The notes under the pieces are model-generated. The model saw nothing but the letters and a program-made list of their open reading frames with translations, did not search any database and was not told where the DNA came from. A stretch of DNA of 64,000 nt, from the NCBI RefSeq assembly GCF_009834535.1, contig NC_045707.1:57972001-58036000 (forward strand), written 5' to 3'. The position numbers were made by a program, and so were the translations under genes. How positions within the stretch are numbered: the stretch's first letter is position 1; the number at the start of each line of letters is the position of its first letter. This stretch comes from Camelus ferus. Its lineage: Eukaryota. Below are positions 13,246 through 26,359 of this stretch, piece after piece.

Positions 13246-15150
13246 AATCAATTTATTTATAAATTTTTGATACAAAAAAAAATCAACTCTTTTCAGTTGA
13301 TCCCTTGGCTTATGAAGAAAGAAAGAAGACTATAAAAGAAACTGAAAGAATTTTTACTGAGCTCAGGATTTCACCTTGGGGGTAAAAGAAATTATAAGTA
13401 TATATATATATATACACATTTACTAACATTTATTTTCTAAACATTGGTTGTTTGTATATGTTCTGACTAGATTTTTTTCCAAGCCATTTTTCAAGAGACA
13501 AAATTGTAACTGATATGCTTTTCTGTCTGCTATCACCAAGAAGTTAAAAAAATTAAAAAGTCATGCATAATAAAAATTTTAGACCTTGGCCACTGTTTAG
13601 CATTGTCTAATTATATGCAGTTTAGTTGTCTGATAGCAAATGCTGTATGTATCTTGGCATCAACATTATTGTTTACATATTACTAACTCCTCATGAGAAA
13701 CATCTCTTCACTTTGTACCCTAGAGGACTCAATATCTCTCCAGGAGATTTATATATATAAATTGATAATAGTCCTCTTTACAAAATTAAAGATGTTGGCC
13801 AACTCCTTCTTTGGCAGCTGTCCAATTTGCATAATTGCATTTGCCTTTCTAAATTTCTCCTGAAGTTTCAGTTGAATAAGGTGTTCTTTTGCATTTGCAT
13901 TTTGAAAAGGCTTAACTGTGCTGCATGAAACAGCTGCCCCTAGCTGCAGTCTTAGATCTGGCTGGTATTGGTGAACTTTCTGTGTGTTGCAAATTACTTT
14001 GAGAATTTTCCAATCAAAGGAAAGCCATTAGTATTCATGCACTTATATGAGCAAAATGTTTAGATTTTGTACATTGTCAATTAGCTACAGTGAGCATTTC
14101 TAAAGTAACTTTCCAACAATTCTACTCAGTCAGAGTTAATAGCACATTCAGTAGGGTTTGCTTACTCAAAATTGTGCTTAGGATAACATTAACTTAACAG
14201 TCAGAGAAGAGAAACATGGGTAGGTATATTCCTCTTATATCCACCGAACACTCTAATCTAATGTTATCAAATCTTTAAATAAACTAGAAGTCTGAAACTG
14301 GAGAAGAGCCGATCTCCTTCTCCAAGACCTGCTATACTCATAGGCACCTTCTGAGAAAACAACCAAATGGAATTCCTAATGCATTACTGACTGAGGTTGG
14401 TTGTTTGTGATTAGCCTATGCAGGCCTCAATCAATATACTCCCCAGAAGCAACCAATAGGCTGAACCAATAGTGTCTTTGGTAGCCTGAACCAAAAATTC
14501 TGCATATGGACTCTGTATTGAATGGTGGCTACAGCAATCCCACACGGGGCTCTAGCTTAGGACATCTACACTCATTCAACATATACATATTGAGAACATA
14601 CTCTGGGTCAGGCAGGGCAGCAAGTGGGGTAGACACTGAAGAATGGAGCTTACTAATGGGGAAGTCAAACATTAGTCATATAATCACATGAATGAGTATA
14701 CATTTAGATTCTAACACACATGCTATGAGGAAGTAAAACAATGTCATGAGAATCTGACTCAATATGAGAGGCTCAAGAAAGTCTTCTCTGAAAAAAAAGA
14801 AGCTTGAGCTGAGAGAAAGAAGAAATCAAGGTAAAAAGCCAAAGAATGGGAGAAGAATATTACTAGTAGAGAGAACAGTATTGTGTGATTCTTGTGAGCC
14901 ATTTAGAAATTAAGAAAAATAAACAAGTCAATAAATTAGTGCCACGGGAATGCAGGGAGTGAGGAAAAGAATAGAATGAGCTGGAGACATAGATGGGAGC
15001 CAAATCACAGAAGCCTTTGAGGGTTATGTCCTATCTAAAATAACAATGGCAGGTCCCTGAAGGGATAGGAATTGGGCATAGAGAGGAGGTAACATATTCA
15101 AAATTGTGTTTGAAAATATTTCTCTGGCTGCAATGCAATAAACTGATGAA

Positions 15151-16381
15151 GACAAGATACAATAAACCTCCTAGAAGAAAATATAGGCAAAACATTACCT
15201 GACATATATCTCAAAAATGTTCTCCTAGGGCAGTCTACCCAAGCAATAGAAATAAAAGCAAGAATAAACAAATGGGACCTAATTAAACTTACAAGCTTCT
15301 GCACAGCAAAGGAAACCGTAAGGAAAACAAAACAACTACCTACAGAATAGGAGAAAATTTTTGCAAATGATGAAACTGACAAAGGCTTGATCTCCAGAAT
15401 ATATAAGCAGCTCATATGACTTGACAAGAAAAAAACAAGCAACCCAATCCAAAAATGGGCAGAAGACCTAAACAAGCAATTCTCCAAGGAAGAAATACAA
15501 ATGATCAATAGGCACATGAAAAAATGATCAATATCACTAATTATCAGAGAAATGCAAATCAAAACTACAATGAGGTATGTCAGTCAGAATGGCCATCATT
15601 CAAAAGTCCACAAATAACAAATGCTGGAGAGGCTATAGAGAAAAGGGAGCCCTCCTACACTGCTGATGGGAATACAGTTTGATGCAGCCACTGTGGAAGA
15701 CAGTATGGAGATTCCTCAGAAGACTAGGAATAGACTTACCATATGACCCAGGAATCCCACTCCTGGGCATATATCCAGAAGGAAGCCTACTTCAAAAAGA
15801 CACCTGTACCCCAATGTTCATAGCAGCACTATTTACAATAGCCAAGACATGGAAACAGCCTAAATGTCCATCAACAGATGCCTGGATAAAAAAGATGTGG
15901 TATATTAATACAATGGAATACTATTCAGCCACAAAAACTGACAACATAACGCCATTTGCAGCAACATGGATGTTCCTGGAGAATGTCATTCTAAGTGAAA
16001 TAAGCCAAAAAGAGAAAGAAAAATACCACATGAGATCACTCATATGTGGAATCTAAAAAAAAAAAAAAAAAAAAAGAAAAGAAAGTACATATATACAAAA
16101 CAGAAACAGAGTCATAGACATAGAACACAAACTTGTGGTTGCCAAGGGGGAGGTTGGTGGGAAGGGATAGACTGACAGGCATATGCAGAATAGATAAACA
16201 AGATTATACTGTATAACACAGGGAAATATATACAAGATCTTGTGGTAGCTCACAGTGAAAAAAAATGTGACAATGAATATATATATGTTCATGTATAACT
16301 GAAAAATTGTGCCCTACACTGGAATTTGACACAACATTTTAAAATGACTGTAACTCAATAAAAAATTGTTTAAAAAAATAA
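15151..16381 (+). mobile_element. Young 5'-truncated L1 (ORF2 C-terminus with stops, plus 3' UTR)
   Basis: ORF 15679-16056 ([49 protein letters not shown]) is L1 ORF2; 14-bp TSD aata(a/g)actgatgaa at 15137-15150 and 16382-16395. Confidence 0.95.
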
Positions 16382-16735
16382 AATAGACTGATGAAAGAGG
16401 TATAGTGGATATGAGGGGATCAAATAGAATGAGTTTGCAGGGGTTCAAACTAAAGAAAATGGTACTGTGGGCTAAAGTAGTGGCAGTAGAAAAGGAGAGA
16501 AGTGAATGGATTCATAGGATATCTAGGAGATAAATTTGACAAGATTTGTTACAGAGTGTAGACATGTTGAATTTATGAACCCTTGGAGACATCCAAGTAG
16601 AGATATTGAATAGATAATTGGATGCATATGTCAGGAAATCAGAGGTCTGGTCTGGAGGAATAAATAATTTGGGAACCATTAGCCAAGTGATGAAAATTGA
16701 ACCATGGACATGGACGATACTATCAAGAGAGAATA

Positions 16736-17128
16736 TGTGATAGACACAAAAATGTACCACTGCTCACATCTCCCAACAGACATCCTCGAGCTCTTAGCTC
16801 CTTCAGCATCTGCCTCAGCTGAGAGAACTTCTTCATAGGCCTTCACACCATCTCTGGGCATCCCACTTCTGGTAAATAAGTAAGGTAAGAGTATGAAAAT
16901 TTTAATATAAATAAACTAGAAGTCTGAAACTGGAGAAGAAGAGCCTCTCCTTTAATTTAATGGTGAGTGAGTCCATAATTAAGAATGTCCTCCCCTCCAC
17001 CCCTGAGTTGCCCAAGCTTTGTTGGGACTACACCAGAGATCAATTTCTTTCTCACAGTTTCACTTGAACGTCTTGCACCCCAACCTCTATCAGAACAACA
17101 TCTGAACTTGAAGACCGACCCTATAAAA
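16736..17128 (+). mobile_element. ERVL solo LTR (LTR16-like) with an internal foreign segment
   Basis: Start 'tgtgatagacac..gtaccactgctcacatctccc' and end 'tcttgcaccccaacctctatc' resemble LTR16; 5-bp TSD-like gaata (16731-16735) and gagta (17129-17133). Confidence 0.55.
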
Positions 17129-18314
17129 GAGTACAAAATGGAAAGGGGAAAGTGCTTAGAATTAACCAATGAGAGAAAGGTAAATCTCCAAAGTAACAGA
17201 GAAGAAAGTGCTAGAACATAAGATGGAAAACCTGGATAGCATGGTGTCCTGGAAGCCAAAATAAACGTGTTTCAAGAAGCAAACAGTGGGTAAGAGTGAT
17301 CAGGAAAAAATTACTGTAAAATATCCATTAAGTTTAAATCATGGAGGTCATTGGAAATCCTAGCCATGGTTGTTTTGGTTCAATGCTAGAAACAACCACC
17401 ATACTGAAGAGGGTTGAAGAGTGAGTTAGCCATGAGAAGATGGACTCACCAAATAATGAAAGCTCTTTAGAAAATTTAGATTTAAAGAAATGGAAAAGAT
17501 TGAAAGGAATTGGAGGGAGAACATGGGAGTCAAGAAAAGGTTGTTGTTTTTAAGATGGAAAAGATATAAACAAGTTTAAATGTGATTGGAAATAATCCAA
17601 CTGAGAAGGATACATTGAATAAATAGCAGAGTGAAGGTGGAGAGGAGGATTTGGTAATGTAAGATTTCTGATAAGGCATGAAGGGATGAGATCCAACACA
17701 GTTGGAGAGATTGGCCCTAAGTGATCAGGAGACTATATTCTATACTAAAACAGAAGGAAAAGAGAAGAACATGGGTACAGATGGAACTGTATGAATTTGG
17801 TAGCAGGAAGCTGAAGGAGTTCCCATCTGATGCCTTCTATTTTCTTCAGGAAGTAGGAGGTGAAGTCATCTGCCGAGAATGACGAGGAGTTAAGACTATT
17901 TAAGGTTCAAGTAGAGTGTAGAATGCTTAAAAAACAATCATTGAAAATAGAAAGAGAGAATTTACCAGGGAATCATTGAAGAATTGGCAGTTAAGTCTAC
18001 TTAAATTCTTTAAGTAGAATGTATTGGAATCAGTCTGTCTGAGAAGTGACTTTTTTGGTAGTGCCAAACTGTTAAGTTGTAGATACAGAGCAGGCACATA
18101 GATATATTCACCCACAGTTGGGCTTTTTTTAGATAAATGTAAAATCAATGTTTAAGAGACAAAGGCACAAGGAAGTCAACAGTATCAGTGAGAGTGTTAT
18201 TCAGATAAAGGACTGTGGGATCTAAATTAAATAATGATGGTGAAAGAATGAAAAAAGATAAGAAGGTGGGAGCTGATGGACTGGGAGAAAGTAAAGGGGC
18301 TACCACATTAGAGA

Positions 18315-18457
18315 ATATTTCTCCAGATCTGAGGATCTTGTTAATATGAAGAATATGATTCAAGTCTGGAGGGGGGGCCTGAGATTCTGCATTTCTAACA
18401 AGTTCCAAGTGAATGCTGATACTGCTGGTCTGAGGACCAGATTTTAAGAAGCAAGGC
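18315..18457. mobile_element. MER5A-type hAT MITE
   Basis: 'ggggcctgagattctgcatttctaacaagttccaagtga..tgctgatactgctggtctgaggacca'. Confidence 0.85.
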
Positions 18458-20599
18458 ATTAGAAGTTCAAATGAGATCAAAAGTCATTTTGAATTTGAGA
18501 ATGGAGAGAGAAAGAGAGATCATAAGAAGAAGACAGAAGCAATAGGAAAAAAGCAGTGGACAATAAATCAGAAAAAGAGAGAAGTAGAAACAAAAGAAAG
18601 CTGGGGCATTTGAATTTGAGAGGAGCTCCAGATGCCCACTTCTGTGGGTGGGCAGATGACCAGGTCACCAAAGATGATATGAGATCACTAGAGCTGCAGA
18701 AGCTGAACACTGAGCAATGATGAATGGGATTCCATGAAGGACCCTTGTACAGCTGCTAACGAGGCTTCCTCTGTTGCTGTTCATCCCCTCACATCTTTCC
18801 AGAATATCCCCATTCACATAAAGTTGCCTGAGTGACTCTCTGTCCTGATCACCCAGGAGAATCTGACTAAAGAAGATGCATTGCTGGTCATGGTCAACTA
18901 GATTGCAGTTCAGTGTGGGAGGGATACCCACACTATTATTACCAAATAACTCTATTTCAACTGGACTTATAAGATGAAATTCCAACACATTCCAGAGTCC
19001 CAAAAGACAAGATAGGACAATCTGTAAAATGATTAAAAAGAAAAAAGAATGGAGTGGTTTTGGCTTAAACATATCTGAATAGTAAGGAAGGGGAAAGGAA
19101 ACTATTAGAACTTCTAGAAAGAAAGATCCTATCCTGACTTTAAGAGAAGAATCTTAAATCTAGAGGACTCAAAAGAGATTATCTTACCTTAGGCTCAGGT
19201 GATAATAGGTGTGTCTGCAAAATCCATTTTTCTATCCCTTCCTATAAATCAAATCTTCCCCAAAAAAGCTGTAAGCTGCCTTCTAGTTCTTGAGTAAGCA
19301 GCTAAAGATTTCCTCAAATGCTGAGTGGAATCAACCATCAGGGTTTATATTCAAACAATGACAAAATAATAAAAATGATAAATGAAAACAATATGTGTCA
19401 TTCAAAGTGAATTGATCCAACTCAAGCCCAGGACGAAAAATAAGGTCAGATTAAACAAACACTAATAATGTCTGATTTTACTATTAAATTTTGTGCTTAA
19501 TGCTTGATTTTCTTTAAATCTTGTCCTGGGTAATAATGATGCTTCCTTGGAAATGTAGTGATTAGCTATTAGCAAATGTTTGTTTTGAAGAGAGAGTTCT
19601 AAGTTTCATGGAAAGAAAACAACAATTGAAAAGAAAAACAGGCTTACAGCTGTAACCTCAAAACCATACTTCAAAAATTAAACTCTCTAGACCACAAACA
19701 AGCCCCCTTACCCAGGCGCAGGTGGGTAATAAGTGTATATAAGTAATAAGCTATGATGTCATAAGTTTTCCAGCAGAGTACTTAGGAAGTAGCAAGCAGC
19801 CCTGTGTTAACTGCCCTTGCAAGGCTGAAATCTGTAATGAGATGACAAATGGCACAAACATGTGCCGTTCAACAATAGCTTCATTGCATCAACCTGAATC
19901 AATAAGAAACAAAGTCATTTCCGGAACCATAACCCACTGGTAAACATGGGGAGCAACAGGTTTTCCTGATACTCCACCATTCACATAAACTAGGCAAATG
20001 CCCATTCCCAGGTTAGTCTCGTACACCTGTACATTTTGGGGCAGAAATCATTATTTAATATAAACCAGAAATTTACACTTCAAGAAGTGTAACAATACTT
20101 GAAACTGGCCACAGATTATTCCAGGAAGACTATTTATGGTAGTCAGGCAAAAGGAACTGATTACCCAGATTCTTGTATATATGGAAAAATTTGATTCTCA
20201 TAACTACACAGTTCAACTTATGATGCAGAGCTTGTCAGTATCATCAAGTGAGCTCATTCTTTATTGAATTAGAGAGATCTTCCCTTGACAGAAGAGTAGA
20301 CACGTGACATTAACAGTGCTGTGCTACTCCCTGTATAACAGGATCTCTGAACTCCAGGGCATTCAATGATATACAGTTTAATCAAAAAAGGCAGAAGTCT
20401 GGCCTAAAAAGAAAAAGTTGCAGTTTACTAGATTTTGGAAATTTGAGGCCCAAAGAGACAGGAGAAAAAACTTGCACACTCGCTCTTTCCATTTCTTACA
20501 CACTTTTCAAAATAAGCACTATGTGTTTTGTTTTAATGGCTTTTATTTTTTAACCTCTTAATAAATTACCCAGTGCTTAAGCTCATCATGTACCCAAAA

Positions 20600-20890
20600 T
20601 AGGGATCACAAATTAAAATACCTACTGGGGTTAGGAAGATACAGCAAAGGAGTAAAGTCATTTTTATGTCAAGTTAAAGAAAACATGCAGTAGTGAAACC
20701 TGGCAACTTGTAAAGTACACGACTCATTGGAGGGTCTTAATATTTACTTACTTCCACTCACTTGTCACCCATGGAAACGCAGGTCGAGTATTGCCAGATG
20801 TTCCAAATTTTCAAGATATACTGTAAATCTGAATTTTTATGTGCTGTCTCCTGGATATTAAATTTGGCAACAATTTGAACATTGTTTGGA
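20600..20890. mobile_element. MER45-like hAT-Tip100 fossil
   Basis: 'gtattgccagatgttccaaattttcaaga..aaatctgaatttttatgtg..tttggcaac'. Confidence 0.6.
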
Positions 20891-21416
20891 AATGCATGGG
20901 GACTTCTAATTGGGATGGTTTTTAGTGAGGTCATAAATTACCATGCCTTCTCTGTTCCAAGCCCTTAGCCATGATTGGAAATGTATAAAAATATAAAAGC
21001 TATTATGACATTAGCTGGGGACAAGACTAAGATAAATATCTCCACTGGCCAGCAGCAGAACAGAAAGTCAAGGCAGTGAACAAGGCAGGCAGATGAGTAG
21101 CCAGAACCCAGCACCCTCCCTGAAGCTTCAGCTGGGTTGGAACTATCAGACACAAGTAGGATGCTTAGAAAACAACTCACTTGCTGCTAGGGACTGTGGT
21201 TTATTAGGAAGTGTTGGATCTGAGAAAGGAGGAGAAAGAAAAGACTCAGCCTTAAGACCAGAAACTTATTCAAAGACCGCCTAGCTTCATAATTCTATCC
21301 GTACTATCCTCAATGTAACCGTGGACCAGGAGCCCCAAAACAAAACAAACTCTAGAGATTTTGTCAATGCTGTCTACCAAGCCAGTATGATAATTCTCTA
21401 ATCACACTAGCTTTTT

Positions 21417-22520
21417 CATTCATCCACTCAATGATTTACTCAACAACCGTTTATTGAGTAGCAGGACATGTCAGGCATTATTCTAGGTTCTGGAGAAAAA
21501 GGAGTGAATAAAACAAAGAACTTGCATATTGCAATTACATTCTAACTACAGGGGAGGGGGCAGCATGGGAAACACATCACAAATATACAGAAGAATATAT
21601 ATGTCAGAGGGTAAAAGTGCTAGGAAGAAAAAAGAAACTAAGGTAAGGAGGAAGAAGAGCACCAAAGCGGAAGGAAGGAAGCCCCAGAGAAGACCTAGTG
21701 AGGAAGGAGCCAGCCATACAGGTTTGTAGGGGACATGTGTCCCAGGAAGACAGCATAAGAAGTTCAAATGCTTCAAGGCAGGAGCACAATGCATTCGAGG
21801 AGCATCAAGGAGACCAGTGTGACACGAGAGGAGTGAGCAAAAAGAGAGGTAAGAGTAAAGGGTGGAATTGGAGCAAAAGGCCAGAGCATAGAGCCTTCTA
21901 GACCATGTTAAGGTCTTCGGCTTTTACTCCCAAGTGAGGTGAGAAGCCACTGGGGGGTTTTGAGGAGATGAGAGACATGATGTGACATATATTGAGAAGA
22001 CCAGTATGACAGCCTCATTGAGAAAAGACCAGAGTGAACTGTAAAAAGAGACAAAGAAACAAATTAGAAGCCTATTCCAGTAATCCAGGCCAGAGATGAG
22101 GATGGCTCAGAGCAAGAGGGAAGCAGTGGAGGTGGTGATAAATGGTTAAAATATGAAAATGTGTGGAAGATAGAGGTAAGAGGATTGCTGTTAAATCGAA
22201 TGGGGAGTTTGAAAGAAAGAGGGAAGTCAGAAAATGACTCTAGACTTTTTGGCCTCCATAGCTGGAATAATAATATTGCCATTTACTGAGACTGGAAAGT
22301 ATGTGAAGAGGTTAGATTTGAGGTTGGAAGTTGGGTGAGAATCAGAGTTGGAGTTTTGGGACATGTTAAGTTTGTGGTATAGGGAAGATATCCAAGGGGA
22401 AACTTCATGTAGAAATCCCAAGGGGAGGTGGAGGCTATGGGTAGAAATTTAGAAGATATCAGAGGAATCATGAAATTTAAATCCACGAGACTAGATGAGA
22501 TCAGCAAAAGAGAGCATGTA
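21417..22520 (-). mobile_element. L2 (L2a-like) LINE
   Basis: 'cattcatccactc..caacaaccgtttattgag' start; 'gtaatccaggccagagatgaggatggctc' and 'tttggcctccatagctgga'. Confidence 0.85.
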
Positions 22521-22529
22521 GATTTTTCA

Positions 22530-22930
22530 GGCGGTTTGAGTAGCACACTCCAACCATACAATTTGAGAAGAGTTTAACAAAGGGTCTTTTTAAATGGTGT
22601 GGCAGATTATAGGGTAAAGAATAAGGAATAATGCACTACCCTAATAGCAGGTAGCCTAAAGGGGTAAGGGGAGGGGGGAGTTACCAAGAACACAGAGGAG
22701 GTCTTGACTAAAGGAAGAAGGCCCCCTAACAAGAGCTGTAATCTTCAGTCAAGGGAGGCCACACAGCAGTTAGGAGGATAGAAGAATAAATACCCCACCT
22801 CCACTCTCTTCCCAACCTCCAAAAGGAAGATAAGAGCCAGGGAATCTGTTGAGACAGTGCATTCAAATCACTTCTTAGGGCACAAATCAAGGAGAAAGCA
22901 AATGTGGAGAGACAAAGAAAGATATTCAGA
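22530..22930 (-). mobile_element. ERVL-class LTR (LTR33-like)
   Basis: Shares 'cacactc..agagtttaa(t/c)aaaggg' with the 6287-6784 element. Confidence 0.5.
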
Positions 22931-22933
22931 TAC

Positions 22934-23129
22934 AGAAAACAAACCTGTGGTTACTGGGGAAAGGGAAGGGGGTGGAGGGAGAGATAAATTGGGAGTCTGG
23001 GACTTGCAGATACAAATTACTATATATAAAATAGATAAACAACAAGGTCCTACTGTATAACACAGGGAACTATATTCAATATTTTGTAATAGCCTATAAT
23101 GAAAAAGAATATGAAAGAATATGAAAGGA

Positions 23130-23166
<37 letters not shown>

Positions 23167-23175
23167 TATGAATCA
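22934..23175 (+). mobile_element. Young L1 3' UTR fragment with a (TA)n expansion and no terminal tail
   Basis: 'ataaacaacaaggtcctactgtataacacagggaactatattcaatat'; (TA)n at about 23130-23169. Confidence 0.85.
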
Positions 23176-23940
23176 TTATTTGTTGAAAAGACTATTCTTT
23201 CTTTATTGAGTTCCTTTGACACCTTGCCAAAAATAAATTGATCTTAAATGGAAGGGTTTATTTCTAGATCAATTTTTTCCATTGATTGATATGTCCATTT
23301 CTTATAGTCCTGCACTGCCTTGATTACTGCAGCTTTGCAGTAAATTTTGAAATCAGGAAATGTGAGTCCTCCAATTTTGTTCTTTTTCAGGATTGGTTTG
23401 GCTAGTCTAAGAGCCTTAAGTCTATGTATAATTTTACAATTGGTTTCTTAATTTCTTTTTTTTAAAGCAGCTGGAATGTTGATAGGAAGTGTATTGAATC
23501 TGCAGATCATCTTGAGGAGTATTCCCATCTTAATACTAAGTCTTCTAATCCATGAGCAAAAGGCAACTTTTCATTTATTTACATCTTCCTTAATTTCTTT
23601 CAAAAATGCTTGATAGTGTTCAGTGTATAAGTATTGCACTTCTTTTGTTAACTTTATTCCTAAATATTTTATTCTTTTTGATGCTAGTGTAAATAGAATT
23701 GTTTTCCTAATTTCCCTTTTAATTGTTCATTGTTGAGTATATAGAAATACAACTGATCTTTGTATACTGATCTTACACCCTGCAACCTTGCTGAATTTGC
23801 TTGTTAGCTCTAATAGGTTTTTTCCTAACGTGGATTCCTTAGGATTTTTGTATATAATATCATCAGCTTGCCAAACTGATGCCAAACTATTTCTTTTGCC
23901 TAATTGTCCTGACTAGAACCTCCAGTAGTGTTGAATAGAA
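23175..23940 (-). mobile_element. Older L1M ORF2 fragment
   Basis: 'atttgttgaaaagactattcttt', 'ccaattttgttctttttcaggatt', 'cctgcaaccttgctgaattt'. Confidence 0.85.
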
Positions 23941-24069
23941 GGGAACTATGTATTTTTTTTTAATTCATAGTCAAACATGATTTATTTCAGTAACTTAAAG
24001 GTCATTCAATATGATAATATAAGTTAAAGTAATATATTGGATGAGAAATTTCAAATGATCAATTAAATT

Positions 24070-24305
24070 TATTTATGTAAGGAATACATTATTGTGCTTG
24101 CTATGTGCTAGATGGTTGTAAGCACTTTACAAGAATTAACTCATTGAATCTTTAAGACAACGCTACGATTAGGTGCTGTCATTCCCTCTATGACACATGA
24201 CAAAATCAAGCCAGAGTTAATTTGTCCAACATAACACAGCAGTAAGTGACAGAGCTGGAACTTAACCCCAGGCAGGTTGGTCCAGAGTCCTATCTCTTAA
24301 CCAGA
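24070..24305 (-). mobile_element. MIR SINE
   Basis: 'aacacagcagtaagtgacagagctggaacttaacccca'. Confidence 0.75.
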
Positions 24306-24329
24306 TGAAATATTGATTCACATAGATAG

Positions 24330-24750
24330 TTATTTATCAAGTAGTTTAATGATGGAATTTGAGAAGCATTCTTTTAAATGTCACGAAAAAGACAAGGATG
24401 CCAGCTCTCACTACTTCTATTGAATACTTTAGTGTAAGTTCTAGTAAATGCAAGTCAATAAAATGTTTTGGCATAATAATTGGACAGGTAGAGACCTAAC
24501 TATCATCGTTTATGGAAAAATACAGTTGTCTGCACAGAAAATTCAATAGCCTCTAAGTTCAGCCATTACAATTTTTAAAAGCCAGCAGATTTATGAATAA
24601 AAGAGCTCCATACAAAAAATTGACACCATGTTCCTAAGCATTGGTAATAACCCATTAGATAATATAACCAAAAAATTCCATTCAAAACAAATACTAGAAG
24701 ATATCTAGTATTTGTTAACAAAAGATAAACAAGTGAGGGAATGAAGCATT
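24330..24750 (+). mobile_element. Ancient L1 ORF2 fragment
   Basis: 'aaagacaaggatgccagctctcactacttctattgaata'. Confidence 0.65.
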
Positions 24751-26359
24751 TGAGAAAAGAAAAGAATGTAGACCAGTGTGACTATAGTATAGGGTTTCTG
24801 CAAGGGGCGTTCAGAAAGGGAACTTAGCCAGATGAAAGAAGTTTCAATATACACTACATTGATGGTTTTTGAGCAAGGAAGTGGCAAATTAATGTAATAA
24901 CTAGGGAAATTTAATCTGACACCAGTTAAATGGAATCCCTTGGTCTTAGCAGCCCAGAAATTGTGATGCTGGCCGTTAGTTGTAACCACCGCCTCTGGTG
25001 GAGATTTTTACAGCCAGAGCATTCTCAGTGAAGAGCAATCTACGGCCACTGGCCCAAATAAAAGGAAAACCAGTGTTTTAGATCTGATTATATTTTTCCT
25101 GTACAGTAAAACTGAAAAGCAGAAAAGACCGCTACAGTGCTGATTGTCAGACAAACTCCATTTGGCCTTCATATTTTCAATATGAGGTCAAATGACAGAA
25201 TCTTGAGTCATCCAGCAGCCTGGTGGATGACCAGGATCTTCTCTCTAGTGACTAATTTTGGCATCTAGAAAAAAGACTAAAAATATTACTGTGATCATAG
25301 GCCAAATTCACTTATTTAAAAAAATGAGACTTCAGGCTGGTTTCATAAACTTGTAATGAAACCACAGTAAGAAAAGGCAATAACTCTAAGGGTTAAACCA
25401 CAGAATAAGATTTTAACATCTAATCCTGATGTTAGTTTGGCACTGTATAGAGGGTCTAAGTCCCCAACGGACCTATTTTTGCTAATCAGAAACGAATATA
25501 TTCAGACCCTTATCTTCTTGAACTTCTCTGTAACAATTTTCATTCACCAGTATTTATAGGGCCCCTGCTTTGTATCAGGCACTGTGCAAAGTCCAGGGAA
25601 CTGAGCCAAGAGCAAAGCCGATGCAGCACCTGCCATCTCAAAGTTTACATTCTTGCCTGGAGTCCACGCTGCTGAACACTCATCTAGGAAAGCCCTCTCC
25701 AGAGTTCTCCCTGCCTCCCTCACCACTGTCTCGTCCGCTGGCTCCTTTCCTTTTGCTTTTCTCTTCGTATCAGTTGCCCTCAATCCTCCACCGTCCTCTC
25801 TCCAGTATTCTCCCAGAGCAATCTCATGTACTCCCTTTTTTTCTCTTTCACTTATCCTTAAAAACTGTATCTATGGATTGTGATCTATATGGATTTCATA
25901 CAGGAATTCGTATACACGTGTATTACTAGGTGCCACTGTTCTCAACATTTTGCAAATATTAACTCATGTAATTCTCCTAACAACTACTTGAGGTAGATAG
26001 ATACTATTATTTTGTCCATTTTCCAGACAAGGATACCAAGACACACACTGACTGAGAAAGAGGCAAAACTAGAATCTGAACCAAAGCAGACTGTGCTTTA
26101 AACCACTCTGCTATGCACACTCTGATGACTTCAACCTCCATTGGATGCCTTCATTTTACACATTATTAAATCAGAGCTTTCTGTATTAATTCATGTTTTC
26201 CAAAGTCTACCAGAAATTTATGCCTGAACTTTCACGGACAACTCAGAAACACCATTCCTCAAATTTCTCCTCTTCCATGCTCCACATTCTATATTCAAGT
26301 CCCCTTCAATTTCCTTTTACAACAGAGTCCTAACAGACCTCACTGCCTCAGCAGTTCTC

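Larger units (their letters stand above)
14560..18720 (-). mobile_element. Long L2 LINE interrupted by a young L1, an LTR16-like LTR and MER5A
   Basis: Begins 'cactcattcaacatatacatattgag'; collinear L2 segments at about 14560-15140, 16390-16735, 17130-18310 and 18460-18720. Confidence 0.75.

Noticed and set aside
15098..15562. 154-aa hydrophobic minus-strand ORF
   Set aside because: Antisense reading of A-rich L1 ORF2, a common artefact.
15679..16056. 125-aa ORF, and similar ORFs at 381, 55766 and 60804, as host genes
   Set aside because: These are L1 ORF2 fragments inside truncated elements with stops and frameshifts.
16679..16861. ORF MPRDGVKAYEEVLSAEADAEG...
   Set aside because: Spans the LTR/L2 junction, so it is a chance antisense reading.
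24985..25003. CTCF-like CCACCAGAGGCGGT on the minus strand
   Set aside because: One base short in the G-run, so the 3' half is out of register with the core motif.
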